64,000 bases of DNA from the human T2T-CHM13v2.0 reference genome, Homo sapiens. The stretch is from NCBI RefSeq assembly GCF_009914755.1, contig NC_060927.1. One strand, written 5' to 3'. The first letter of the stretch is position 1. Every line of letters begins with the position of its first letter. The translations under genes were made by a program, and so were the position numbers. The notes under the pieces were generated by a model. It worked only from the letters and a program-made list of their open reading frames with translations. It made no database searches and was not told where the DNA came from. Shown one piece after another: positions 1 to 17,417 of the stretch.

Positions 1-263
1 ATATTGACGATATCAAGCATTGATGAGAAGAACAGTTTTTGTTCTTTTTCTTTGGCTAAAAGAGAAAGTAAACACAGTAAACTGTTAACATTATGCAGTA
101 GGTACACAGTTATCTATTACACTATTTTCTGTACTATTCTGAATTTTTGTAACACTTCATAATTAACTGTTTAAAAAAGAAAAAAAAGATGTGGCTAGAG
201 GGATCAGCAAGGGTTAAATTATGTTAGCCTTCAGAAGTCATGTGCAAGAATTTATACTTAATC

Positions 264-763
<500 letters not shown>

Positions 764-2444
764 TTAAAGGATTTTAAACAGGGGAGTGACCTCATGTGAC
801 TTGCTCTCTATATAGATCAGTCTAGTCACAATGTGGCAAAGAGAGGGAAGGCAGGGAGCCCTCTGGGAGGCTGCTGCAGTAACCCAGATGAGGGATGATC
901 ATGGCTTTTCTGCTGGCAATGAAGAAAAGCTATAAAGACCTGAATTATGGAGTATGAATTGTCTAAGGATTTGGGGTTTAGTTCTCAAAACTGTTAAATT
1001 ATATCCCAGTCAAATGAGGAAGCAAAGGAGGCCACTGGGACAAAGAGAAACCTAAAATGAGAACAATTTCATTAGAGCAAGGGCAACATCCAGGATAAAG
1101 CCTGGGATTGGTGAAAAGAAAAATGTGAATTTTTCTGTAAATCCTTAGAAGAAACACAAGTAGCTCTAAAACTGAAAGCTAACAAGCGCTCAGCTCCACA
1201 CCAGATGGTCAGATAGATACATTCACAACTTGCCAGCATTCTAAGGCCTTGTGCACCCCCTTCCAAGCATGCAGATGCTTTTATCTGAGATGAAAAAAAT
1301 TCTATTTCTGATTCTGACAGCAAATGCCAAGTCACATCTTGCCGGTAGAGAATGACATCTCCCAACCACAAACCCACCTAGAATTTTACAACCTTATTCT
1401 CATTTTGACCACTACTTCCACCAGCCCCGCTGGAAAGTAAAAGAAACTGAGGAGGGATGACGGCTTCTAAAGAACTCAGCTTTTTTATCTGCAGCCCTCA
1501 AAAAGTAGATCTGTTTTCTCTAGATTATTCATGAGCAGCCCATGTGTTATTCTGTGAAGAAAAATTAAGCATATCCAACAACTTTATTCCCGTATTCTGA
1601 AAAATGAGCCTCAGGCAGAGTCTATTTCTTCAATTGCTCTGTAATCCTATATTGAGAAGATATTGAAGAATTAATTTTCTTTATCATTACCCTTTGAGCC
1701 TTTTCAAAAAGTTCAGGTTTAAAATTAAGCACATCAAGTAACCAGTCTAGCTAGTTTGGTTATAAATATACATTCTTGGAACTGACTTATGAATGACTAC
1801 TTTGCTAGAGATGGGATTTTGCATGATATTCTCCCCCCCAATCTGTTCACACCATAAAAAATATTCAGAGATGTTCTTTTTAAAGGAAGCACTTTCCACA
1901 CACATGTCCATGTAGTGTCTCAATTTGTATACATTCTGCTGGGGTAGCTTGGTTTTAGAGGCAGGGTAGTATACTATTTGCATTCAACATTTTTCACATG
2001 CCAGAATAAGTAAAACTTGGACAAACATGGTTGCCTTCTGTTCCTAAGTTATAAGGTGCATCGGTCTGACATACTAAGAGGTTCAGGAATTAATCACTAA
2101 ATGACACAACTTCCTGCTTCAACATTTAACCAGAAAACACCCTTTCTCTTTCTCTCCAAACAATGCTGCTGAATCAAAATTTCAACCCATCAGAACTCAG
2201 GCAACTAGAGGCATGATAAATACCACCTAGCAGATCTTAATAGTTCATAATAAAACAGTAATAAACTTTATAGTTATTTATATATCATGCATGCTTTGAT
2301 CAAATTTACGAGACTGAATACAATTTCTAAAGTTATAGGCAGATTTCCTCAAATAGTTATCACCATCACAATCCAGGAAAAGATAACATGCTCACAGACA
2401 TTTTTACAAAATGCTCTGAGGTTGAAATAAGAAACATGCGCTTA

Positions 2445-2696
<252 letters not shown>

Positions 2697-4315
2697 CTAA
2701 AAACAAAGACAGGAAAAATGCTGTCAAACTATTCACCTGGTTTAAAAAACATCTTCAGTGCAGAAATGCAACAAGAGCTTTAATTTCAGAGTATGAATGT
2801 TGGGTTTTATTCCAACAGTCAAAGTACAATTTGACCAACATAAAGACAAAGAAAGGGGCATTTTTTTTTTGGCTTTGAGCTCTTAGAGGAATTCAGAAAC
2901 CTAAAGAGAGTTCATATTAAATGGTATGAAAGTCAGAGAAATTATTCCTAATAGAGTTACTAATATTATCATCAATCAAAAATTTGTGTCAAACATTGGG
3001 TGAGTAGGGAGAGGATAGATGATACTTAGACTTTCAAAATCATTCACAGGAAAATCCCATTGGACCCAATATGAGTCTTGTCATCACAGCTCAGCTTTCC
3101 TGGCCACACAATGTCTTTCAGCACTGAGCGACCCCAAGTCAGTTAGCTCTGTCCTCTCCACAAGTTTCTGCCAACTCATCATCTTACCTTAAGCCTCAAA
3201 ACTTAAGGGGATTTCTTTTTATAAAGAAAATGTGAATCCATTATCAAGTGTATTGGTAATACAGGGTTTTCAGTCTCTGAAACCTGAGTCTGAGGCAAAC
3301 AGTATGCATTCTTCAGCAGAAAATTATACATTTCAAAGGCAGGTCAGACAGTCTGCCACATAATACTGTCACAAACACAGGACCAAAGTGCAGAGTTTTT
3401 ATAAAAGGGGGGAGAGCAGGAGGAAAAAAAAAAAAAAAAAACTTTAACTGAACAATAATAAATGCAGAATAGTTTTGCTGGCTTAATGGCTTAACATTTT
3501 TCCCAACATTTTAAAATGGAAATTCTCAAACATAAAGAAAAATTTCATTTTTAAAATGAAAAAAATATATATGTATATCAAGTAATCCTTGGGGGTTTAA
3601 AAATCTTTTTGTAAATCCATGCTTTTTCCAGACTAAATGAAGTAGAATGGAAGGAATGAATAAACTAAAATTCATTCCCTGTGGCTTCAGATGGTTTCAC
3701 ATCTACCCATGAATATGGAAGCATCTGATGCTTGGGCAATTCAGAGCACTCCAATCAAAGTCACGAAGCTAGTGTGAAAAGAACTTAATCTGGATGAGTT
3801 GGAAAGCTGAAAATTCTCACCACACTGCTTCCAAAATCAGCAATCATTATGGAAACAGCAGTATTTATTCATTGATTCATTCAGTAATTCCATGCACAGT
3901 GACTAAAGACAGTGAGGGCTTCAATAACAAATAATGAATGACCTCAACTAGTTTAATGAGGGAGAAAAAAAGAATATACCCAAAACTCAAAATCCAACTC
4001 TGAAATGCAGAATGGGATGAGTAGGGTAAGAGAGGGAAATAAAATGTCAGAGAAACTCGCAAGAGAGAGAAGCTTCTGGCTGAAGGCATTCTCCTTTACA
4101 AAAGTAGAGTTGTCTGGGCAGATTTCAAATAGGGCTCAGAGTTCAAAAGAGAACGAAGAGGCCACAGGCATAAACAACTTTTTCAACAATTTGGAGATGA
4201 TCAAAAAGAGCATGGTAGAGTAATAGCTGGGAGAGGTAGGAAGGAAAAGAAGAAATTCAGTTATTTCAGGAATACAAGGAAAGGAGCCAGAGGAGCAAGT
4301 GCGGTTAAAAGATGA

Positions 4316-4625
<310 letters not shown>

Positions 4626-4630
4626 GATGA

Positions 4631-5022
<392 letters not shown>

Positions 5023-5461
5023 GACACCAACAGTTAACAGCTAACACTAGGCAAGCAACTTAACCTATATGGGTGCTATTTTGTCTGTAAAATGGGAAAA
5101 ATAATAGTACCTACTCAAGGGTTTGGGTATTTTTTTCTTTACCCACCTTAAATAATTTGATGTTTAAGTGAAGTAGAATGTGGAGGTCACCACCCCTAAA
5201 ATTACCATAGGTGAGTATGCCACTAAGGAAAATAAAAATGTTAACTGCCTGCTATTAAACCAATCTACTAACTAAAGCTTCCTCTCAGGAACCTCAAAAG
5301 CAAACAAATGTATATGAGAATACTCCTGGCACATTTTCAGATGAATAAGCTGATATGCGTTAAAGCCAAAATTAATCATTGTGTAACAAGCAGAATGGCA
5401 AAATGTAAATTCTTTAGTCTCACTGTGGTCAAAATAGTTTGCTCAGTATAAAATCAGGTCT

Positions 5462-6095
<634 letters not shown>

Positions 6096-6279
6096 TCAGG
6101 GAGCTATTTCCCTGTAGTCCATCTCATTATCAAAGTTAAATTCCTGCTCCAGTTGACCAGAGCATGTGGACACAAAAGAGCAGCTTAGGTGGACTTGAGA
6201 TACTACGTGTAAACGATTTCCATAAGATAGAGATCTCATTAAGACTCATTCTAAACACAGATGGCAGCTGTCTCTCTCT

Positions 6280-7060
6280 GGCTGGCTTGCTTGCTTTCTC
6301 CTCTAGTCCTGTTTGTCAAATTGGTTCCTTTAGGACTCCCAGTAAATGTTCTAATCTGTTTTAGTAACTTCCATGGCAACTTCTTCAGGTCAATTTCCCA
6401 CACATATGCTGAACTTTCAGTCAAATATTCCAATTCTAAACATCTGTAGAGTGTCCTTATTTCATATTGAACATTGTATTTTTTGAAAAGGTACACTGAT
6501 TTTAGAAGAGTAAATGGCTCTATATTCCTTGGTAGCTCATGTAATTAAATAGAAAAGAAACTGTAGCTGCAAGTGCTGTCAAATATGCATAACTGTCCAA
6601 GAAAACCCTGTCATGGCCTTTTGTTAAAATGAACAGGCACTTATATCATTCGTTTGGTTCATCAAAAATGCTTATCACAGGCCAGGCGCAGTGGCTCATG
6701 CCTGTAATCCCAGCATTTTGGGAGGTCAAGGCGGGAGGATCACCTACCAGCCTGGCCAACATGGCGAAATCCTGTCTCTACTAAAAATACAAAAGTTAGT
6801 CAGATATTGTGGTGCACAGCTATAATCCTAGCTACTAAGGAGGCTGAGGCAGGAGAATCACTTGAACCCAGGAGGCGGAGGTTGGAGTGAGCCACGATCA
6901 CGCCACTGCACTCCAGCCTCGGCAACAGAGTAAGACTCCATCTCAAAAAAAAAAAAAAAAAAACAGACAGAAAAATAAAAGAAATGATTATCACGGTCTT
7001 GTCCAAATGAGGGCCACAAAAGCCATCACCTGTGTCTTTGGAATGGAGCTCATTTCAAAT
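6280..7060 (-). pseudogene. MRPS10P2: Processed pseudogene of mitochondrial ribosomal protein S10 (MRPS10), interrupted by an Alu
   Basis: The minus strand gives [54 protein letters not shown] and [11 protein letters not shown]. These are colinear with MRPS10 ([54 protein letters not shown]), with no introns and several stops and frameshifts. The parent identity is strong; the 'P2' suffix is from memory of a 3p26 copy and is less certain. Confidence 0.88.
6680..6965 (+). mobile_element. AluS inserted into the MRPS10 retrocopy
   Basis: Flanked by aaatgcttatcac / aaatgattatcac TSD; short internal deletion in the left arm. Confidence 0.9.
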
Positions 7061-7214
7061 GAGCATATGATTATGCCAACAAAAGAATGGTGAGAAAGGA
7101 ACTCTTGTACACCCATAAAGGAAAACATGCCCCAAGTGTTCTGGAAAATAATTCAACCATATATCTGAAACTCTTACCAAGAAAAGTTTTCTAACCTTTG
7201 ACTCAATCATTTCA

Positions 7215-7560
<346 letters not shown>

Positions 7561-7786
7561 TGGCTCAAGGTTGAAGTGAGTGCTCTTTTGCCCGCCTTCT
7601 GCCTTCTGCCAGGGGAGGACACAGCATTAGTCCCTTCTGGTGGATGCAGCCGACATCAATCATGCTGCTGCCTTGGTCTTAGACTTCCCAGCCTCCAGAA
7701 TTGCAAGAAATAAATTTCTGTTGTTTACAAATTATCCAGTCTGTAGTATTTTCTTACAGTAGCACAAAGGGACTAAGACTAAGACA
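7561..7786 (+). mobile_element. MaLR LTR 3' half (MST/MLT1A-like)
   Basis: ttagacttcccagcctccagaa..aaataaatttctgttgttt..gactaagaca, typical of a MaLR LTR end. Confidence 0.75.
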
Positions 7787-8254
7787 TGGCTTTATGAGTA
7801 TATGATTATGCCAGCAAAAGAACGGTGAGAAAAGATTTCTTATACACCAATAGAGGAAAACATGCCCCAAGCATTCTGGAAAACAGTTTGGCCATATATC
7901 TGAAACTCTTACCCAGAAAGTTTTCTAGACTTTGAATTATTTCACTGCTGGGAATCTAATCTATCTTTCAAAAATCATCAAAGACGTAGGTTAATATTTA
8001 TGTACAAGATGTTCACTGTAGAAAAAAAAAACAGAAATAACCTGTTTCCAGTAAATACATTGGGGTTTATTTATGACAGGTTATCCAGCTGCTGAAAGAC
8101 AATGTATTTGTGGCATACTGCTAATGACAGATGAAACGTTTCTGATATAGGCAGGAAAAAATAGTAGGATTTTAAATACTGTATCCAGTCTTACCTAAAT
8201 GCAATATGTAAAAAAATATGATACATATACACCAGAAACACATATGCTGGCAAA

Positions 8255-8495
8255 TACGGTAGTTAAGAGCATGGGCTTTGGAAATAAACCGACCTGGTTC
8301 AAATTCCAGCTGTGCCGCTTTCCAGCTGTGTAACCTTGAGCAAGTTAGTTAACCTCTCTGTGCCTCAGAATGCTCACCTGGAAAATGGGGATAATAGTAC
8401 CTACCTTACAGAGTTGAATGGACAGTAAATGAGACAATTCATGCAAATGCCTTGGCACAATGCCCAGCACATTGCAAGCACTCAATAACTACACG
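8255..8495 (+). mobile_element. MIR
   Basis: MIR core: ggttcaaattccagct..ccttgagcaagttagttaacctctctgtgcctcag..aaaatggggataatagtacctacc. Confidence 0.8.
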
Positions 8496-8693
8496 CCATT
8501 ATTAGCATCATCAACACAGAGAACAAATGGGGAAGAAATGCACCAATATGCTAACAGGTATTATTTCTGGGTGGTAGAATTCCAGGACAGTTTAGCTTTC
8601 TCCTTTATAGTCTTCTCATTTTTCCAAATAATCTACAGTAAGTATTATGGAATCAGAAAGGGAAATCCATTATACAAAAAGAAAATCTGTTTA

Positions 8694-8987
<294 letters not shown>

Positions 8988-9682
8988 TCAAACAGGCACA
9001 GGTTTTGGATGAAAGTCAAGAGAAGGGATGCAATGAAAAAGAGAACATTGCTTGCTTGTTCTGAGTGAGCCAGTTAAAATATATATATAAATAAATAAAG
9101 CTTTTAATCAGGATTTATTTTCAATTTCCTTATAACTTCTCATGTCACGTCCACAACAGCCTCAGTCTTGCCCAGGTACTCAGGAGGCCTGAAATAAATC
9201 ACAAAACTAAAAGAAGGACTTATAGAAAGCTGGGAGAGTAGACCTCATTTTGGACTTATATGGTAGTGTGATCAGGCACCACCACACCACACTTTTTTAT
9301 AAAGCCTGGGCTATTTTAAGGAGCCTTTCCTAGAAGATGTGAACCCAACATGAGTTTTCTGTCTCATGGCTCTAGAAGCAGAGACATACCGCTGCTTCAG
9401 GAGATGCCTAAAATAAGAAAATGCTAAAAGCAGGGCAGTCTGCCAAGAAGTTCTAAGCAGTGATATGTAACTCAAGGGGGTTGAATTGCTAAGACTTGCT
9501 TTGGGGCTGGAGGGAGCCCACTTGGCCAGACACTTGGTTTAGGGGTGATAAAAGATTTGTGACCCATTCTCCAGTGTCTTCTAAGTAATTTCGTGGAAAA
9601 ATAAGAAAAAGAATTATTGTCGTTATTAACTTTCTAACCAAAGTAAGTTCCATGGAGTTTTTTGTTGTTGTTTGTTTGTTCA

Positions 9683-9886
<204 letters not shown>

Positions 9887-10119
9887 TCAGAACAAGAAGC
9901 AGGAGCTGGCTTCAGCAAAGCGCCCATAATCCCCCTCAGTTCAATCTGTGACACTGAGGTCATCCTGGTCCTTAAGTCAAACCCCAGCCATGCTACATCT
10001 GTCGTGCTCCACCAACGGTTTCTGACAACCCAGGCTCCCAAATGGGTTACAGTTCCACTGGGAACTAGACTCAAAACATTTCTTCACTTTGTAGGCTCGG
10101 ATTCCCACAGAATGTCATT

Positions 10120-10468
10120 GGTATGGCAGATGCGGAGATACTCCAGCTGCTAGGAGGGCCAGCAGGAGCTTTCAGCTCCTTTGGGGTTCAGCAGAGCTGA
10201 CAGCCATCTCAGAGAAACCAGTGACTAACCAACCACAGCAGGGGCATACAGAGCCAGCCATTTCAGCCTACAGTGGCTCAACCTATGGGCCATATACACC
10301 CTAGAGGCCCCTGTGTTGGGTGGAGCTTGGTTGGACCTGCATTGTGGCTTTGACTTCTCCCTCTGCCCAGTCCTGCTCTGGCCCCTGCTTTCTACAGGTG
10401 TGGGGCCCTAACATTCTGCATCCTAAACTCTGTTTCAGCCTCTGTTTCCAGAGAACCCAACCTGTGAC
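10120..10468 (+). mobile_element. ERVL LTR (LTR16-like)
   Basis: 3' end cttctccctctgcccagtcctgct..taaactctgtttcagc..gagaacccaacctgtgac resembles LTR16. Confidence 0.6.
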
Positions 10469-11778
10469 CCTTGGCTTTCAATTCTGTGTCTTTCTACTTT
10501 TCCTCTACAAGAGGCCGGTCTTTTTTTCCTGAGGGTATAAAGGGTGTGGAAGTTTGGGGAAAAAAAACTGAGAAAAAGGGGATAGACTCATTCACCCAGC
10601 ACTAGATGGCTTTGGCTGAATTCCCTGCTCACTTTTTTAAAAGTGGGCTACAAATTCCTAGTCCATTCCTTATACACCTTTGAATTCCCCACAGTAATTA
10701 CACCAGGCCTTTCATTTATTCTTTCAACAAACATCTACTGAGTACCTATCATGTGCCAGTCACTGTTTCCAGCACAGACAACAGAGGTACTCTTCTCAGA
10801 AGATCCATCGGTGTTGACTGCATGGATAACATACATTCCCCTTTTGGGTTTTCCTTCCTCCCTTAGCATTTTCCTCTGTTACTAAATTCAGGAAAGCAGA
10901 TATTAACTGGGAGCTAAGAAGCCAAGTCCACCTGAGAAACCCAGGAATCCTATGACTTTCCACCTCGAAGCCTAATTGCAGCACAGCGGCTTCCAATTGA
11001 GGCTTTGAAAGATGTTTGACATTTGTCAAGGGGCTATATCCCTAAAGCTGAACTTCCTATACTCGCAGCTCCCCGACAATAAGGGCAATAACCAGGAATG
11101 TTGTTAAAAATAGAGACTTAAAAACTGCATCTGAAAAATTAGGTTAGGAGAGCAGGTTTCTTGGGCTGCTGAGATGCTGAGTCCTAACCCAAACCTTGCT
11201 CAATCTCCAGGGTTTAAAGTGTTACTCTATTTTTGCTTGAGATAATTATTTCCTTGCCACCCTGGAGACTTGCTGACCGACTTGGCTCTCTGTGGTTTTC
11301 CAGTTAGATGGTGGCTTCAAAGAATTCCAATCTGGAACTCAAGATCATGTGAATCCTATACCCAAGGCCTGGGCTTCCACAGTGGCAACCTGGGAGGACA
11401 CAATTACTTATCCATAAGACAGACGTCTTCTTCCTCATAGACCCGCTAATAATGGAAACAGAATGTAAAGATTAAACATGTCATGAGGTTTGGAATAGGC
11501 CTCTCAAAAGGAGCAGGGAAACTGGGAAGAGGCAACTCTTTGACAAGCCAAATGAGGAGAGAAAGAGGCCACTAATTAAGAGCTTTCTTATGAGCAAGGT
11601 ACAGTGTTTGGGTCTTTACATACGTTATTTCCCACCATCTTATTTTCCTACCAATCAATTACAGTTTGTCATTCTTATCATTTTATAGATGAAGATGCCC
11701 ACTGAGTTCTTTTGCAAGAGCAAAGGGTATCTATTTTGCAATGGAACTTGTCAACTGGGGAAAGAGGGACCAGCCTCA

Positions 11779-11889
<111 letters not shown>

Positions 11890-12112
11890 TTAGCTACTAA
11901 CATCAACTCTAGAAAAATATCAACTCAGTACATGCAGCAAAAATCTCAATGTCTTCAACTTCCATTTGGATTACCAAACAAATACATTTGCCAGAATACC
12001 AAAATAAAGACTTATATGTAAATAAATCTTTAACAAAAAAAGTATTACTTCATATCATAAAGCCTCACAGCAAACAAATACATATGTATTTAAATGGTGT
12101 ATATCTATAAGA

Positions 12113-12412
<300 letters not shown>

Positions 12413-13209
12413 TCTGTAAGAATTTTTAAAAAGTGCATGGCTAGCCAATCCTCTATAATCTCTAACAAGTGAGACAGGTAGTGCTGCTCCTATTTAAAAG
12501 ATGAGGAAACAGAGTTAACCCTACAATTAAATGTGAGGCTAAAGGTCAACCATGGTGGTCAGAGATCAAGCTGAAGCACAGAAGAAAAAATGGGGTGTAT
12601 TTTCAAAAGACCCCGATTCAACTTCCAACCCAACATTAGCTGGGTGACCCTGGGCAAGTTCACTACTTGTCTGGACCCTCCTAGTCCTTGTCTGTGAAAT
12701 GGGAGCACACCCACCTGCCTCACCTAACTCAGAATACAGAGGTCAAGTGAGGTAAGATTGGAAAATGCTCAGCAAACAGTAACTAGAACCTTAACTCCTA
12801 CTTTATAGTTCTGTTAACCAAAATAACAACAGTCAGGAGTCCTCATTTAGTGAGTGGTTTAGTTAGGAACACAGGCTTTGGAGCCAGTCAAAATGAGATT
12901 TGAATCATGGCTCTGCTGTTCACGGTGTGACCCTAGGCAACTTATTTAACCTCTTTCCCCAAGCCTGTTTTCTCATGTGGGGATACAGATAGTAACAGCA
13001 CCTATATCTTGGGTTATTACAAGGAGGAAATATAATACGCATACAGGACTTATGACTATGCCCTTAGCAACTGAGGTTAATGACTCAGCAAGCACTCAGT
13101 AAAGGGAACCAGTCTCACTATGGCCCCATGACACTCAGTCACAAGGAGAGCCACAAAAACTAATCATTGTTGCTAATACTAGCTAAAGAACAGATGTTGC
13201 AAATGATTC

Positions 13210-13502
13210 TTTTTGAGACAGGGTCTCACCCTGTCCCCTAGGCTGGAGAACAGTGGCACGGTCATGGCTCACTGCAGCCTTGACCTCCTCAGCTCAAGTG
13301 ATCCTCCCGCCTCACCATCCCAAGTACCTGGGACCACAGGTGTGCGCCACAATGCCCAGCTAAATTTTTTGTATTTTTTTGTAGAGATGGGGTTTTGCCA
13401 TGTTGCCCAGGCTGGTCTTGAACTACTGGGCTCCAGTGATCCCTGCCCAACTTGGCCTCCCAAGGTGCTGGGATTACAGGTGTAAGCCACTGCACCTGGC
13501 CT
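13210..13502 (-). mobile_element. AluJ
   Basis: TSD tgcaaatgattct on both sides. Confidence 0.88.
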
Positions 13503-14480
13503 GCAAATGATTCTTCTAATACAAATACAAATACAAAAGAAAGTGACTCAAGGTTATCCCCACAACAATGTTACTCTTTGATTGTTTTCATCCTTTTGAG
13601 CTTGTCTGAGTAGAAGTTAAGGGAGAATATGTCCCTGCTAACAATTACAGCAATCACTGAAAACACCAAGCCCCATTCTTGTTCATTCTCTTTTCACATC
13701 AACACAATCAGAACATTCATGATATCTCAATCACAATTTGATGGGAAAACCCAATTTTTAAAATATTTCAACAAAAGAAGGCATTAGGTCCTTAAATGAC
13801 ACTATAGCAAGGTGTTTTATTTTACAGAGAACAGGGGAGTGAAGAGGCATGGCTTCTTTCTATTTCATTTGTGGCGCTGTAGAAGTTCCTCTGGGGGCTG
13901 TTCTCACTGACTGGGCTGTGCAGGTTTAGGTGCCCATGACAGGTAATTCATTCAGTGTCAAGGGAGGAGCTGCAGTGAAAGCTCAGGTCAGCCCACACTT
14001 GTGTTTCAGGAGGATCCTCAGATCATTCTTCCAACTCTACCCTGTCCCCAACACTAAGCACCACCACCAGAAGGTTCTAGTTCTTAAATTAAAAAATAAA
14101 AATAAAAAAGCTTAAAAGAATGACAAAATATAGCAATATGTTAACCTCCATGAATGACTTTTCTTCTCATACCCTTTTGTGTCTTAAAATATTTCATCAT
14201 TAGTGATTTAAAAAAAAAAAAAAACATGATTTGTTTGTCCATTCTACTACTAATGGGTATTTGGGTAGTTTCCAGTTTGGGGCTATTATGAATAGTACTG
14301 CTTCTATCAATATTCTTAAAAGAGTTTGTGGCTTTTGGCAAATATATGTACGCATTTCTGCCGACAGTACATGGTGGAGTGGAACAGCTGAGTCCTAGAA
14401 TACACATGTGCACAGCTTTAGTAGAGGCAAACACAAGCCTTAAACAGGAGAAGGCCCCTGCCATTTCCTACCCTCTTTTC

Positions 14481-14992
14481 TTCCTTTTTTTTTTAAAAAA
14501 AAATTATGTATTTATTTTTTAACTTTTTATTTCCATAGGTTTCTGACGAACAGGTGGTATTTGGTTACATGTGTAAGTGCTTTGGTGGTGATTTGTGAGA
14601 TTCTGGTGCACCCATCTCCTAAGCAGTATACACTGAACCCAATTTGTAGTCTTTTATCACTTCCCGAGTCCCCAAAGTCCGTTGTGCCATTCTTATGCCT
14701 TTGCATCCTCATAGCTTAGCTCCCACTTATAAGTGAGAACATATGTTGTTTGGTTTTCCATTCCTGAGTTACTTCACTTAGAATAATGGAAAGAGCGTGG
14801 AGATTCCCTAAGGAACTAAAAGTAGAACTACCACTTGATCCAGCAATCCCACTACTGGGTATCTACCCAGAGGAAGTCATTACATGAAAAAGATACTTGC
14901 ACACACATGTTTATAGCAGCATAATTCACAATTGCAAAAATGTGGAACCAACCCAAATGCCCACCAATCAACAAGTGAATAAAGAAACTGTG

Positions 14993-15037
<45 letters not shown>

Positions 15038-15102
15038 GGAATACTACTCAGCCATAAAAGAATGAATTAACGGCATTCACAGCAACCTGGATGGGATTGG
15101 AG
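14481..15102 (-). mobile_element. 5'-truncated, 5'-inverted L1 (L1PB-like 3' end) containing a (CA)n microsatellite at about 14995-15034
   Basis: Minus-strand L1 3' end at 14481-14789, then plus-strand upstream L1 segment at 14786-15102; TSD cctaccctcttttc / cctacccctttttc. Confidence 0.85.
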
Positions 15103-15377
15103 CCTACCCCTTTTTCAAAGGGGAGCTTTCCCTCAAGTCCGTTTATGTATAGAAGTCCCTAGGGCTTCTCTCTAGTGACCTCTCAGCCCATACTCTTCTA
15201 CTCTCCTTTTCCTCTCAATTCAATCTGGTTACAAATGTTTATTGAGCACCGACTGTATGGCTAGCACTGAACCTGATTCTTGGAGGGGATCTACAAGTCC
15301 CAGGAATCCTCAGAGTATGACTGAAGACAATTGGTATATTAAATAGTTTTAAAAGTATTTATTTTACATATAATAAT

Positions 15378-15796
15378 TGATATAGTTTATATATTTATCC
15401 CCACTCAAATCTCATGTTGAAATATTAATATAATCCCCAATATTGGAGGTGGCGCCTGGTGGGAGGTCTTTGGATCACTGGGGCAGAACCCTTATGAATT
15501 GCTTGGGCCGTCCCCTTGGTGATGAGTGAGCTCTCACTGTGTCACAGGAGATCTGGTCAAAAGTGTATGGCGCCTCCCTCCACCTCACTCTCTTGCTCCT
15601 GCTTTCACCATGTGAAGCGCCTGCTCCCACTTCGTCTTCTGCCATGATCGAAAGGCCTGAGGCCTCCCCAAAAGCTGATACCAGAGCTACGTTTCCTGTA
15701 TAGCCTGCAAAACCATGAGCCAAACAGACCTCTTTCTTTATGAACTACCCAGCCTCAGGTATTTCTTTATACCAATTGCAGGAACAGCTTAATACA
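15378..15796 (+). mobile_element. MaLR solo LTR (MSTA/MSTB-like)
   Basis: TGATATAGTTT..aaatctcatgttgaa....taataCA termini. Confidence 0.8.
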
Positions 15797-16577
15797 AAAA
15801 TTAATTCCTCAGTTGCAATAATTGGCATAGAAAATGTGCAATTAGTCATCTCATTTTCCTTGATAAATGTCTCTAAAATTCAAATTGATGGGTCCAGATA
15901 TCACCCTACACATATTAGTACTATAGTTTTTTTATCTCCTTCCACCCGCTACCCCACCCTCTGCTATACACACACCTACTCACTCACACTTTCTCTCATT
16001 CTAGACACCCGCTTTTCTTTTTTCCCAGCAACTATTCTTTCTGAAATCTTTCATGCTACCCTAGCAACCCAAAACACACTACTTACTTAACGTCATGGAG
16101 CTATATGATGATCACCAATCTCAATGAGGTGCACGGTAAGATGGAAAAAACACGTGAACACACTGTGGCCAAAGCATGAGAAAGAGGACACCACGACAAC
16201 ACTATCCTTGACCAAAGGCCGCAACCTAGTGTTTTGGTCCAAAATAGTAAGACCTGAAGCAAGTATGCAAAGATATATGTATAGTAAATCTAGACATAAT
16301 ATAGTTTCTAACTGTCCTTGGTGTCCATGAAAAAAGGAATACTATACGGCTAGTTATCAAAATACACTCTGACATGGAAATATGAAAATAATATACTGTC
16401 ATAAAGGTAACCTATAGAATACACATTTGATTCCGTTTCTATAAAATGTATGCATAACAATGTTTGTTAGTATCATCAGGAAAAAAATGTCTGGAAGAAT
16501 ATACATAAACTTAACATAAGCGAAGGATCAGGAGAGTACTATTAGACATTTTTAGAATGAGTGTATGTCACTATCAC

Positions 16578-16780
16578 AGGTTTTCTCAACCTCAGCACTG
16601 CTGCTATTTTAGGCCAAATACCTTGTTATGGGAGACTGTCTTATGTATTGCAGGATGTTTAGCAGTGTCTCTGACCTCTACCCACCAGATGCCAGTTGCA
16701 TCCTTCTTCTCCCATGCCAACTGCGGCAGACAAAAATGTCTCCAGACATTGCTAAATGTCCTCTGAGGAGAGCAAATTAT
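16578..16780. mobile_element. MER20 (hAT-Charlie)
   Basis: ttctcaacctcagcact..gcaggatgtttagcag..ctctacccaccagatgccag..aaatgtctccagacattgc. Confidence 0.8.
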
Positions 16781-16844
16781 CTACTGTATTATGATAATTA
16801 GGGAAAAAAATATTACTCTTCTTAAATATTAATACACAGTTTAT

Positions 16845-17100
16845 AGTAGCATAGTGGTAAGAGTATCTGACCCTGGAGTCAAGCTGCCTAAGCTTGAACA
16901 ACAGTATCACCTTTTACAAGCTACAAGATCTTCAGCTGCTTATTTAACCCCTTCAGGCCTCAGTTTACTCATCTGCAAAGTGGGGATAAAATAATACTAT
17001 CTACTTCCTGGGGATGTTATAAGGATTAAATTTAAAAATACATGTAAAGTGCTTAGAAAAGTACCTGGTACAGAGTATTAGCTGTCATTATTACTACTAT
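16845..17100 (+). mobile_element. MIR
   Basis: gcctcagtttactcatctgcaaagtggggataa..gtaaagtgcttagaa..gtacctgg. Confidence 0.7.
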
Positions 17101-17417
17101 TCATTTATGTTATTACATGTTACAATATTCTCTTAGAGCTTTCAGAGAACATATATTCTAATTAGTGAAAATCTACCCCCATATCTGTTCAGCTTGAGCC
17201 CCCTCCACCCACCAGTTCACCCTTTTCAGAGTACTGATCAACTGAGAAAAGTGACCAAGGGCTAGGGGGTGAAGGAAGTATTGGAACATGTGTCACTTCC
17301 AAAGACTTCTCAAGAAGATGTACCATCTTCCATCACAGTCATGATGTGAGAACCATCTACACATAAACTAACCCACTCTCTAAAGCAAGCAGCACCATGA
17401 GGGTAGGGCAAGGGGAG

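Noticed and set aside
6251-6496. 81-aa ORF as a functional MRPS10-like microprotein
   Set aside because: It has a GTG start, is a mid-protein fragment, frameshifts out of MRPS10 homology about halfway, and is preceded by in-frame stops; treated as pseudogene.
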